DNA of 63,791 nt, filler included, from Salisapilia sapeloensis CBS 127946 (lineage: Eukaryota; Protista; Oomycota): assembly GCA_023334545.1 (NCBI GenBank). It is 6 parts of 6 records of this genome, joined end to end, with 100 filler letters (N's around TTAATTAATTAA, not from the genome) between each part and the next. Parts side by side here need not be neighbours in the genome. Positions count along the whole stretch, not along the records: positions 17,794 to 42,118 come from JAADVB010000261.1; positions 42,219 to 47,393 come from JAADVB010000635.1; 4 more parts are not named here. One strand, 5' to 3'. Under the pieces are notes generated by a model. That model saw only the letters and a program-made list of their open reading frames with translations. It did no database searches and was not told where the DNA came from. Below are positions 34,676 through 44,320 of the stretch, piece by piece. Every line of letters starts with the position of its first letter. Positions within the stretch are counted from its first letter, which is position 1. The translations under genes and the position numbers were made by a program.

Positions 34676-34834
34676 ATGACTTTCGAATGTACCAAACTAC
34701 AGGTTGTGCTAGGCAGTAGCTACATGAGACTACAAGTCTCATGTAGACTGCCGTCGGTCCAACCAAACTAATGTTAGAGGGATGAACAAGCTATCTTTTG
34801 TTTCTGTTTTTCTTGTCTTTTGGTATACTTGCAG

Positions 34835-36467
34835 CTATTCCGTTAAACGGAACAAGCGCAACGATGTGTCATCGCTACCGGTGAGAAGATGTAGGGACGG
34901 GTCGTTCGGCGCGGCAGACACTAGTGCCATATCTAGTACCATGTCTGTGTGTCCTGCCAGCATCTTGAGCTGCTCGCCAGTACGTGCGTCCCAGACGTAG
35001 ATCAGGCCTTCGACTGTACTGCTGTAGATGATCGGCACTGTCGGGTGCCACATCAGCTTTGTGACACCAGCAGGATGCTTCAGAACGTGTCGGCACTATA
35101 CACCACGATGAGAACAGACGAATAAAGTTAATCGGTTGTTGCGGCTTACCTGGTACGTGGACAGATCCCAGATGCGAACGTATCCACCGAGGCATCCCGT
35201 CGCCGCCCAGTTCATAGAAGTACAGAATCCACCACTAGAGACTTAATGAGTACAAGGTAGTTGCTAGGCCTGTACTAGACGCGTACCATTCGACAGAGTT
35301 GACAGTCTGCTCCACGTTGTCGTTGACCGTACCAGCCTGAGCATCGGACACGTCATGAGAAAACGCGGCAAGGACACGCTTGGCCTGTAGCTGTACAAGT
35401 CTTGCAGATCCATCTTGAGAACCACAGAGCATCAATGGTTGCTATGTCAGTCGTTAGATGTGAAACTGGTAGCTGTCTTAGTAGACACTTACGGAAGGAT
35501 GGCACGTAAGGAAGACGACTGGTCCTTCATGGAAATTACCACTATCCACATGTCTTAGATGCATACTTGTAGCGTAATTTGTAGGAAGCATACCCTCTGA
35601 ACACATGACTGCACTCGCCTGTCTTGGGGTTCCACATGCGGACACTACCATCCGCACTTCCCGATACAATCATCTATCTCGACATGAATATCTACCGCTA
35701 GTGTCTAATATACAAACGTCTGTACCTTTCCAGATCCAGTGAAGGAACCACAAGAGACACTGTCTTCATGTCCAGCAAAGACGTGCATGCAGTCGCCCGT
35801 GGTGGCGAGCCACATCCAGACGGTGCCGTCGCTTGATCCAGCCAAGATGACATAGCCCTTCTGATGCCATGCGATCCACTCAATCTCTTGCGACGGGCCT
35901 TCTAACGTCTGGACGACTGCACCAGTCGATACATCCCAGATCTTCACAATGCCGTCGTAGCCTCCCGTCGCAGCGTACTTGCCGTCGTAACTGAATTGGA
36001 CAGCGACGACCGAGTCCGTATGGCCGGATAGAGTGTGCAAGACATCACCGTCCGTTCGATTCCAGATGACAGCCTGGTCGTCTCCACCACCAGTGAGGAT
36101 GATTCTCGAGTCATTCGGATGGACACTAATGGCGTATACTGGTCCCTCATGCTTTTCAAAGATCTACGACGAGGATAAGTCGACGTACCCGTTGAACTAG
36201 AATATATGTCTTCTACCATTTCAGCATCGTCTCGAACGTCTGCGTCATCCGCTGTGATTCTATCCTCGTCTTCATCGTTCTCAACTGGGTTTTCCATGTC
36301 CTCATCTTCTTCTGTCCATCCAAATCAATTCATATATACATATTTGAATGATAACATTCATCCTACATACCTTCCATAGGTGCATCTCCAACATCATACT
36401 CTTGCACGGTCTCATCTTGCGTAATGAGCTCAATATTACTCTCTTCTTCCATCGTCTTATTCGCCAT
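34835..36467 (-). CDS. AAMP: WD40 protein SQT1/AAMP-like (uL16 chaperone), multi-exon
   Basis: Acidic N-terminus, FEKHEGPVYAISVHP..ILTGGGDDQA, GHTDSV, LEGPSQEIEWIAWH and GHEDSVSCGSFT. Confidence 0.85.
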
Positions 36468-36630
36468 TGCTTTCGTTCGAATTCAAGTCGAAGTAGTGTC
36501 TTCAGGTTGCACTAGTATATAAAGTTACCTTCGTGCAACCATAGCCTAGTGACGAAAATAACAGCGCCAAGCGTATTGGGATACCTGACGACGCATTGAC
36601 CTCGAGTGAGCTGCGTACTTGACGTCCGAG

Positions 36631-38049
36631 ATGCAATTCAATGTGTCAGGATTATCGGCTGTGATGACTTGCCTCGTCATGGCCAGCGGGTACGTTAGTG
36701 TGCTCTATATGCTGCCAAATACGATCCGAAGACTACCTCGCGACCATCCCACGCATGTGAGTGCAAGCATCAGAGCTCTATTTTATCTTAATGGGTATTT
36801 TCAATCGATTGAGAGGCATTGCTATCGACTAGATTGGATTTCCTCGTAGTCGCTATAGATAAAAACGTCAAATAGGATGCTAATGGTTTATGACGCTGTA
36901 GATTCTCGCGAGGTTCCTACTCATTTGTATCTTCTGTGCAATATGTCCATTCATACTCGCTCTCTACTATGACGATGTACAGTCCTATGCATTCCAGTAC
37001 ATGCGTAACAGTTACATGACTCTATTTGTTGTTAATAGGAAGATGTGCGTCTAACATTTGCCGAGTGGCTGGGCATTCGGTGGGATGGACTGGTTCCAGC
37101 AATAATTCTTCCTCTTGTCGTCACGAGCGTCCTCTTCCTTGGCTCTCTCGTTGCCAACTCCCTCCAACTCTTTCACACGTCCAAGCAATTCCGATCCAAT
37201 GGCGTCTGGTTTGCACTCAAGAACACAGCGCTCTATTACTCCCTCACACACGATTCGATGCCATCTCTTCGCAACTACATTCTCGTATGTATCTTTTAAA
37301 CCTGTCTTGAATCCTTCATCTTGACACTGGACTTCTAGGGTCCATTGACGGAAGAGTTTGTCTTTCGAAGCTGTATGATCCCACTACTCGTGTGTGCAGA
37401 CTTTGGTGTCAACGAAATCACCTTTGGATGTCCACTGGCCTTTGGCATCGGTACTCTCATATATTTGCTATGTACTCCACGATCTCTTATAATATGTTTT
37501 TGGTTGTCTAGCTCATTTGCATCATTTCTTTGAGCATATCAAGAGTGGACGTCCTATTGGAGAGGCTCTACTCATCGTCGGTACGATAAAAAGTATATAA
37601 ATCAGTTCTCAGGTCCTTTAACACATAGCTATCGAGTAGGTTTCCAGTTCTTTTATACATCCGTCTTTGGTGCCTACGCTACCTTCCTCTTCTTAAGAAC
37701 AGGTAGCCTCCTATAGACGTATTCTGTCTCGACAGCAAGCTCATATCCATGCTTCATAGGTCACTTCATCACCATCTTCACCGTCCACATACTGTGCAAC
37801 GTTCTCGGGTTCCCCGACCTTTCCTTCTATCACCCAGACAATGTCCTATATCCATTCCGAGGAGGTAGTTTATATGCTTCTCTACTTGACATAGTCATCT
37901 CATGCATGTGTCAAATAGTCATTCTCGCGAGCTACGTCATCGGCATCTACGGTTTCTACCTACTTCTCATGCCACTAACAGATCCAGACACATACGCATC
38001 GAACCTATGGAACGTCACGCTGTCGAGTGACAGCTTCGTCAGCTACTGA
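36631..38049 (+). CDS. RCE1: CAAX prenyl protease 2 (Abi/CPBP family), multi-exon
   Basis: RDHP near the N-terminus, PLTEEFVFRSC, FGIAHLHHF, and TGHFITIFTVHILCNVLGFPD after splicing. Confidence 0.88.
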
Positions 38050-38235
38050 TTGGCCAGTCGTCCGGCATACGATAGAAAGAAAGAGTAAGCCACGTTTGAT
38101 CTGAATCCTCCACGTTCCACATCGTGCACCCTACTTGTCTCGTCTATCTATACCTCTACTGACTCTCGACCGAGACCACAAGCCACGATGGAATCACCAG
38201 CTTCGTTTCTTTCGTTACTCTCTGTCCTACTTTGA

Positions 38236-41084
38236 TCACTTGGAACCTGGCCGTACTTCCTTCCCGAATGTCGTATGCTCCACAAGTCCATCCGCATCCT
38301 TATCCTCCAACCTATTGCTCGCACCATGACGCGCTTGACGTTGCAAATCCTCCACTAGTTGCTTGTTACTAGCTAACTCAGTCTCCATTGACTTGAGTCG
38401 AGCGTACAACTGCGACTGCTCCTGTGTCAACTGATCGACGAGCTGGTCTTTGCTCTGCAATCTCGCGCGCAAGTTCTTGTTCGCTAGTCGGAGCTCAGCT
38501 GCTAGTCGCCCTTCCCCAATCGTCAGTTCATTGTTCTTGTCTGCGCCCAGCACCTTCTTCTGGTTCAAAGCCCATGCTCGACGTAGCGTCGAGTGCGCCT
38601 CCAACGCCTGGCGCAGTCGCTCCGACTGTTGATCAAACATGTGCTGCATCTCACTCATCGACGGACTGAGGAAGAGCTCTCGTCCGTCCACTTCATCCAA
38701 GTCGTTTCCTTCCAGTCCACTCGACTGATCGTGCTTTCGTCTTGATAACGCCGTAAGCGCCGTCATGACGTCCGTGCCTTCGGATAATGTCAGTCCGCCC
38801 AATGGCGTCGATTGCACCTCACTCGTGTCCTCTGGATTCCGCATCATAAATTGCGGCACAGCATCGACGGTGCTTTCATTGTCACTCGAGTCATTTACCG
38901 TCGCGTACATGGCAGCAGACGTCACGAACGCAGTCCATTCATCCAATGACTTGGCACCAATGACACCCGTATTCGGTTTTTCTAACCGTCCTAACTCCTC
39001 TCGCCAACGAATCGGCCATCGCTTCGGCCACTTTGGATTGCCCCAACTTCCACTCGCGTGATCTTCGACTAACTGCTCTTGCGCCGAGTTACTCCACGCA
39101 CGACGGAGTTTCGTCTCGACAGCATCCAGCTTGCTCTTATGACTCTGCCATTGCTCACGACAAATGATCTTGATCGTCTGTGCAGCTTCTGCTAGTGGCG
39201 GCGATCGTGATCCGACGATCGCTAAGGCTCGAGACACGAGTGCATCGACGTCCTCGAGGAACTGACTCGAGCTATTGTACTCGAGTCGTCGGATCTTGAT
39301 GAGCAGCTTGAAGAGATCTGGTCGAGGCAAGTAGTCACTTACGTCGCCATCGATGCCAGGAAGCAGAGGCGAGTAGAAGGGAATGCCTTGACGATTCGTT
39401 GCCATGGTAGACCAGATCTTTTCCAAGAGCTTACCCAGCTGTACCTTAAGCGCCGCACTCGAATGGCAGTGAGGACAGACGAATGTCTTGGCTCGTTTCG
39501 AAGACTTTTGAGATGATGGAATGGGTGGGAGGACGTACTTGTCGATCGCGACAGGACACTTGCTACACTTCCAGAGCTCGTACTTTGTCACGAAACGACG
39601 TGGAGATGGTGTCTTGCCACTCACTGGAGCAGCACTCGAACGCTCTTCCACCGACTCGCATGTGCCGGTGAGGACACACATATGACGAGGGCAGTACCAA
39701 GGAGTATTCTCGCCTTTGACAATCGGGAAGGAGCCGAGACAGAACTGGTGATAGACTTTTGGACACCCGAGGAAGTCGCATACGATGACTTCTCCACCGT
39801 AGCCACAGATAAAGCACCGTTCGTCTGAGTCGGACATTTCTTCCGTCCCACCCTCCGCCTTCTTACTTCCATTCGCAGGAGATTTGCGCGTCGGTGCAGC
39901 ATCCGATACTTGTCCCTTGGCTTTTTTACTAGCAGACACGGATGCTGGAGGTGTATAGCTCTCCTCCTCATCCGCCGGAGCGGATGGCAATCGTCTTTTT
40001 AACGACTTTTCCTGACTTTTACCCTTGTCCTTCTTCTGCTTCTTACCAGAAGATGAGTTAGAGGTTGTAGGCGTTGAGCTGGATACAACCTTCTGAGACT
40101 TTTGTACTACTGGTTTGGACGCAGTGTCACCTTGGCTTGCTTTCTGCTTCCTCGCCTGTTCCTTGACACATTCTGGACAGTACCATTCGCCTTCTGGAAT
40201 CACGTCCAGAGGTGGAGATAGGCATTGGGTGTGGAACTCTCGATGACAGTCCTTGCCGTCGCACAGGATCAAAAGCGAGTAATGATCTGACACGCGGTTG
40301 CAACGTTCACAAGGCATGTCCATCGGCTCATCTTTTTCGTCCATCCTACATTTACGTACAAAGTAGTCAATATCGGCACTGGATCTTTCGAATAGCAGAT
40401 GGAAGAGATGTACGTACAGGTGGTCGTAGAATCGACGGCTCTGGTCGTCCATGGTCTCCAGGACCAACTTAGCTTCCTCCAGTCCATTTTCTAGTCGCAC
40501 TGGCGTGTACTTTTTGTTCGATTTGTACGCAGACGGATCTTCAGTAAATGACTTGAGCTGATTCTGTGGTACCCATCCACTATGTACAGTTCCACATTAA
40601 GTACCGGTAAAGCAAAGGAGAAGAGCATGGGACGTACTAGTTCCTTGTCCCAAAGAAGTAGACGCACGCCTGGTCGCCCTTCTTTCTAAATGACGACATT
40701 TTGGCAAACTCCCCTGGCTCGGCAAACTACGTCGCACCCCATCCATCCAGTTAGAATAGACTTGTTTCTTGGCCTAGGCTAGGATTAGAAGAGAGTCGAG
40801 ACATACCCTGGCTGGCCACGGATGCCCCCCGGATCGTGCTATTAACAACCCTCCATTTTCGTTCAATAACGTTTTTAGCAAGCTGCTTCTTTCCACCAAT
40901 TCTACTCCCAGTACCTTTCGTTAGTACACATTCGTTATTCCTCACTCCTTACTCCTCGTCCTACCGAGGATATAGGAGCCAGAAGAAGGGTATATAACCC
41001 AAAAATAAAGCGGAAAGACGTACCGTAATACTCCTTCTTCCGGAGCTCCAGCTCCTCGTCCTGCATCGCTCCAGACTGCGACAT
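38236..41084 (-). CDS. Chromatin reader: PWWP-like + PHD + NSD-type PHD/Cys-His + bromodomain-like + coiled coil
   Basis: Upstream exons give GGHPWPAR...VYFFGTRNYGWVP. Main exon has CERC..LILCDG..FHTQCL..WYCPEC, then CFICGYGGEVIVCD..CPKVYH..WYCPRHMC, then IPFYSPL..DLFKLLIKI..YNSSSQFLEDV. Start at 41084 is inferred. Confidence 0.75.
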
Positions 41085-41861
41085 GATGCTCGACTTGATC
41101 TAGACAAGTTCCTGCAGTCTTCCTTTCTAAATTTTGACCACGCACGGCGACTAGGGAGACGTGAGGTGGTCCGAGTAGAAGGTCTGGTTTCGATACCTAT
41201 TTTCTTACTTTGGTTTTTATTTTAAAGATGCCAGTCGAGTGGTCCAAATGATGCTCTGGTCACGAGATGATCAATTGGATCGTATCAAGTTCGTTTCGTT
41301 CGAATATGAAGGTCCGCGAAGATCAAAACTTGGATGAAGACCGCAGCTTGACGACGACCAGCGGACACCTTGCGCTACAGACGGAAAATTGTATACTGCC
41401 GACAAAACACAACGCCTAAAGTAGGCTACTTTTATATATTATTTACTTCTATGGTGACTATTTTTGGGTTTTAGATTGTAGATATAGTAATTTTTGGATA
41501 CTTGGGAGGAACGGAGGTTGCTAGTGGATGCATGAACTGGAGTTGGAGCGTGTGTCAATCGTCTCAAAGGATAAAGATGTTGAGATAAAAGAGTGATGCA
41601 GAAGGTGGTAGAAGACTAGTCTTTCGAAAATATAAAACGACGGATGAAAATGTGCCGCTACGTTGGACGAGATGATGAGACCATTATGTCCCAGGTAGCA
41701 TGATTGTACTGGGTGTTCTTTTACAAATGTGTGGATCACCATCTTTGAGTCTATAAGCCGTCTTGCGTATCGCTGTCAACGCGATATATATCAGCGGAAA
41801 GATATGTTCATGTGGAAGAGATTTTTGCATCAGTTACCACCAATCGACCTGGATCACTCAT

Positions 41862-42118
41862 ACATCTCTATACGACTTTTTAAAACAGTCTGCACTCCTC
41901 CAAACTAGCTCGATCACCCATACAAACGAAAACGAGTGCATCTTCGCTAGCGAGGACAGCGCATTTGTTGAGTAGACTATATTGACTTTGTCGCTTCCGA
42001 AAAATGTGTTGGGCTGGTGGCTGGCTTCGGTCAGTCATTATTTCCAGGGTGCAGATGGTGCGTCCGTTCCAAACCAGGAGTCGACATTGTGGTATTGACG
42101 TAAGTCACGTACAACAAG
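41862..42118. repeat. Right copy of the inverted repeat bounding contig C2
   Basis: Reverse complement of 17794-18016, with about 35 extra nt between two ACTC microhomologies. Confidence 0.95.
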
Positions 42119-42218
42119 NNNNNNNNNNNNNNNNNNNNNNNNNNNNNNNNNNNNNNNNNNNNTTAATTAATTAANNNNNNNNNNNNNNNNNNNNNNNNNN
42201 NNNNNNNNNNNNNNNNNN
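42119..42218. other. Artificial contig linker
   Basis: N44-TTAATTAATTAA-N44. Confidence 0.99.
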
Positions 42219-42372
42219 ATAACGGCTTCAACATATTAGCCTCTGGCAATTGGAATGATGACGCGTGCATCATCACTTCCGCCTCACTTCGTATGTATAT
42301 GTACGAAATCATCGGGAACAATTGTCATTGTGTCCCATGTAATGATTAGCCCATTACATCACCCTCCTCTTA
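42219..42372 (-). repeat. Polypurine tract (42359-42371) and start of the 3' LTR (TGTAATG at 42358, 140 bp to contig end)
   Basis: The minus strand reads AAGAGGAGGGTGA immediately followed by TGTAATGGGC. Confidence 0.8.
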
Positions 42373-42624
42373 AGGTTCAAGCCACGTCGTCTTCGTGTGC
42401 TTGATAGGCTTCTTCATCACCATCTTAACGGATCTTGTAAGCTTCCTGAGTCTTGGATTGTCCTTACTTCATTTTATGTATTCTTCACTTCAGAGCATCT
42501 CAAAGTTCTTTGTCCTTGCCCGGTGACTTGCGAAAACTAGGTTTTCAAAACATGTTCGAAATGTTCGAGCGTTTCGAACTTCGAGCGAATTGTCAACCAC
42601 TAGATGGTTCGACACAATTTTAAG

Positions 42625-42734
42625 CCAATCGTCGATTCAGAATGACCCTACTAGCCAATCGCTGATTTTGAACAATTTCAGCCATTCACCGAATTAGTGG
42701 CAGACAGGCCACTAAGGCTCATTTTGGAATTTGC
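42625..42734 (+). promoter_or_regulatory. Putative antisense promoter inside the retrotransposon: two CCAAT boxes plus oomycete Inr-FPR
   Basis: AGCCAATCG with CCAAT at 42625 and 42655. GCTCATTTTGGAATTTGC at 42717-42734 contains Inr TCATTTT and FPR AATTTGC. There is no ATG between it and 42978. Confidence 0.65.
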
Positions 42735-42977
42735 CTTGTAGTGCACAGCTCGGTGCAAACTTCGGGGATTGCTCGAAGCCATCGACTACGCGTCCTTAAT
42801 CATCGACCCTGTACTCCGTGGCACAGATCCAAACGAGTGGGTTGGTGAGACGAGGTTACCGTGTTCTTGTCGTTTGGAAGTAGTAAAGTTTCTTTACACA
42901 GAGTCGTCCAGCCAATAGTACGTTGTACTTAGGCATTCCAAATCGCTTTAGACTCCAAGTCAAGCGTCTCTGAAATA

Positions 42978-43997
42978 ATGAATTCTGGTCCGCAGCCAAA
43001 TCGGACTTCTAGTCCACCTCGGACTGAGAATAAGAGGAAGGAGCGATCGGACGATCCTCCACCATCAAACGAAAGCAACAAGCGACCGAAAGGTCCTTTT
43101 GCTTCCATTACCCTCTATGACATCTCCATGATCCACAACAACCGTGGTCGTGAATCATACTATCGCGATCGGTTCCATGCGTGGCGCAAGGTAAACCGAC
43201 GCGATGATCCAGACCAACCCATCGATGCTATGACTCAGTCATGGCGTACCTTTATTCGATTAGAGAACGAAGGTCACATTGACGTAATCTTGCGTCGAGG
43301 GACTGATCGGCATAACACCTCGTGGCGGGGTGTTAACAATGAGAGTCATACTCGCGAACGATATCCGGGACGTCGGCCAACAAGTTGGTCCGAGGCTCCC
43401 AGGTATCCTCGCTGGAAGGAAAGCCGCGCCAACGTACGCGATAGTAGCGTTGAGCGCTCGGCTTCATCCTTCGACCATTCTTCTTCTTACGCTTCAAGCG
43501 ATCCTCATGGTCCACAATCGCCTCCACGTTCCAGCGCTGATCACCATGGGAGTCAACCAATGGAGGTGGCACTGAACGGCGAAACCTTGGACCGTCTCCT
43601 TGACTGGAAGACTGATCACCAGAATCGGATGGACGACCTTGAACGTCAGAATCTTGAACTTCAGTCCAAGGTTGCTGATTGTCAGTTCGTGGTTCAGAAG
43701 TTGGAGCTGAAGAATACTGAGCTTGAGCAGAAGGATCTTGAGCGTGAGCGGGCTCATGCAAGGTTGATGGCGTCTCTTGAAGAGGCTGGTGCGACGATGC
43801 AAACTCTTCGTTCGGACTTGGACGTTCGTTTGCAGCGGCTCGAGAACGTCGAGACTCAAGCGTACGATGTGCTTCAGCGTATCCATGCTGAGAAGCAGAA
43901 CGACCGTCAAGAGATCGATTCTGTTGCAAACGAGGTGAAGAGGCTCGAGAAGAGGACTTCTCGAGTTGAGCATCACTTGGACTCGCGCCGTCGCTAG
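42978..43997 (+). CDS. Antisense ORF of the retrotransposon, 339 aa, NLS-like N-terminus and C-terminal coiled coil
   Basis: Uninterrupted ATG-to-TAG ORF with KRKER..KRPK and heptad-rich LERQNLELQSKV...LEKRTSRVEHHL, preceded by a core promoter. Confidence 0.7.
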   Translation: MNSGPQPNRTSSPPRTENKRKERSDDPPPSNESNKRPKGPFASITLYDISMIHNNRGRESYYRDRFHAWRKVNRRDDPDQPIDAMTQSWRTFIRLENEGHIDVILRRGTDRHNTSWRGVNNESHTRERYPGRRPTSWSEAPRYPRWKESRANVRDSSVERSASSFDHSSSYASSDPHGPQSPPRSSADHHGSQPMEVALNGETLDRLLDWKTDHQNRMDDLERQNLELQSKVADCQFVVQKLELKNTELEQKDLERERAHARLMASLEEAGATMQTLRSDLDVRLQRLENVETQAYDVLQRIHAEKQNDRQEIDSVANEVKRLEKRTSRVEHHLDSRRR

Positions 43998-44320
43998 GCG
44001 TTGGAGAACTACTTGGTAGGTATCTTTTTAGCCGACCAACATAGAACGTAGGGTGTAGCCTCATTGCAGTAGGAATGTCTAATTTGTAGGCATTTCCATT
44101 GCGCTTCAGAACCTTAAACGGTTCAATATACCTCGGAAGTAATTTGCTACTTCCCAAATGAGACACGCTTTGCTCTGGTAAACCGGCAGTACTCAATAAT
44201 ACAAGGTCGTTAACCTTGAAAATTTCTTCATTCCTTCTTCCTTGCTTATTGGCTTGCTCTTTTTGTGCGTCTTGTGCAGCAGCCATAGCATCTCGTACGA
44301 ATCGTATAATGGCTTCTGTA
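43333..44320 (-). CDS. Pol C-terminus: integrase GPY/F module, long linker and chromodomain (out of frame with upstream pol)
   Basis: KLLPRYIEPFKVL, HPTFYVGRLK, WNVEAIVDH...YRVRWRGFPSSEDTWEP..L. Confidence 0.85.

Noticed and set aside
41978-42118. tRNA/SINE-like A-box and B-box (TGGCTGGCTTCGG; GTTCCAAACC) in the C2 inverted repeat
   Set aside because: Both boxes deviate from consensus and I could not fold a cloverleaf. tRNAscan-SE or a family consensus would be needed.
42285-42310. loxP-like ACTTCGTAT...TACGAA
   Set aside because: The arms are only 6 bp, the spacing differs from loxP, and no tyrosine recombinase is in view. Kept only as an LTR hairpin.
43494-43976. Third open frame (160 aa, minus strand) in the Gypsy overlap region
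   Set aside because: Codon-aligned mirror of the plus-strand coiled-coil ORF, with no independent support.
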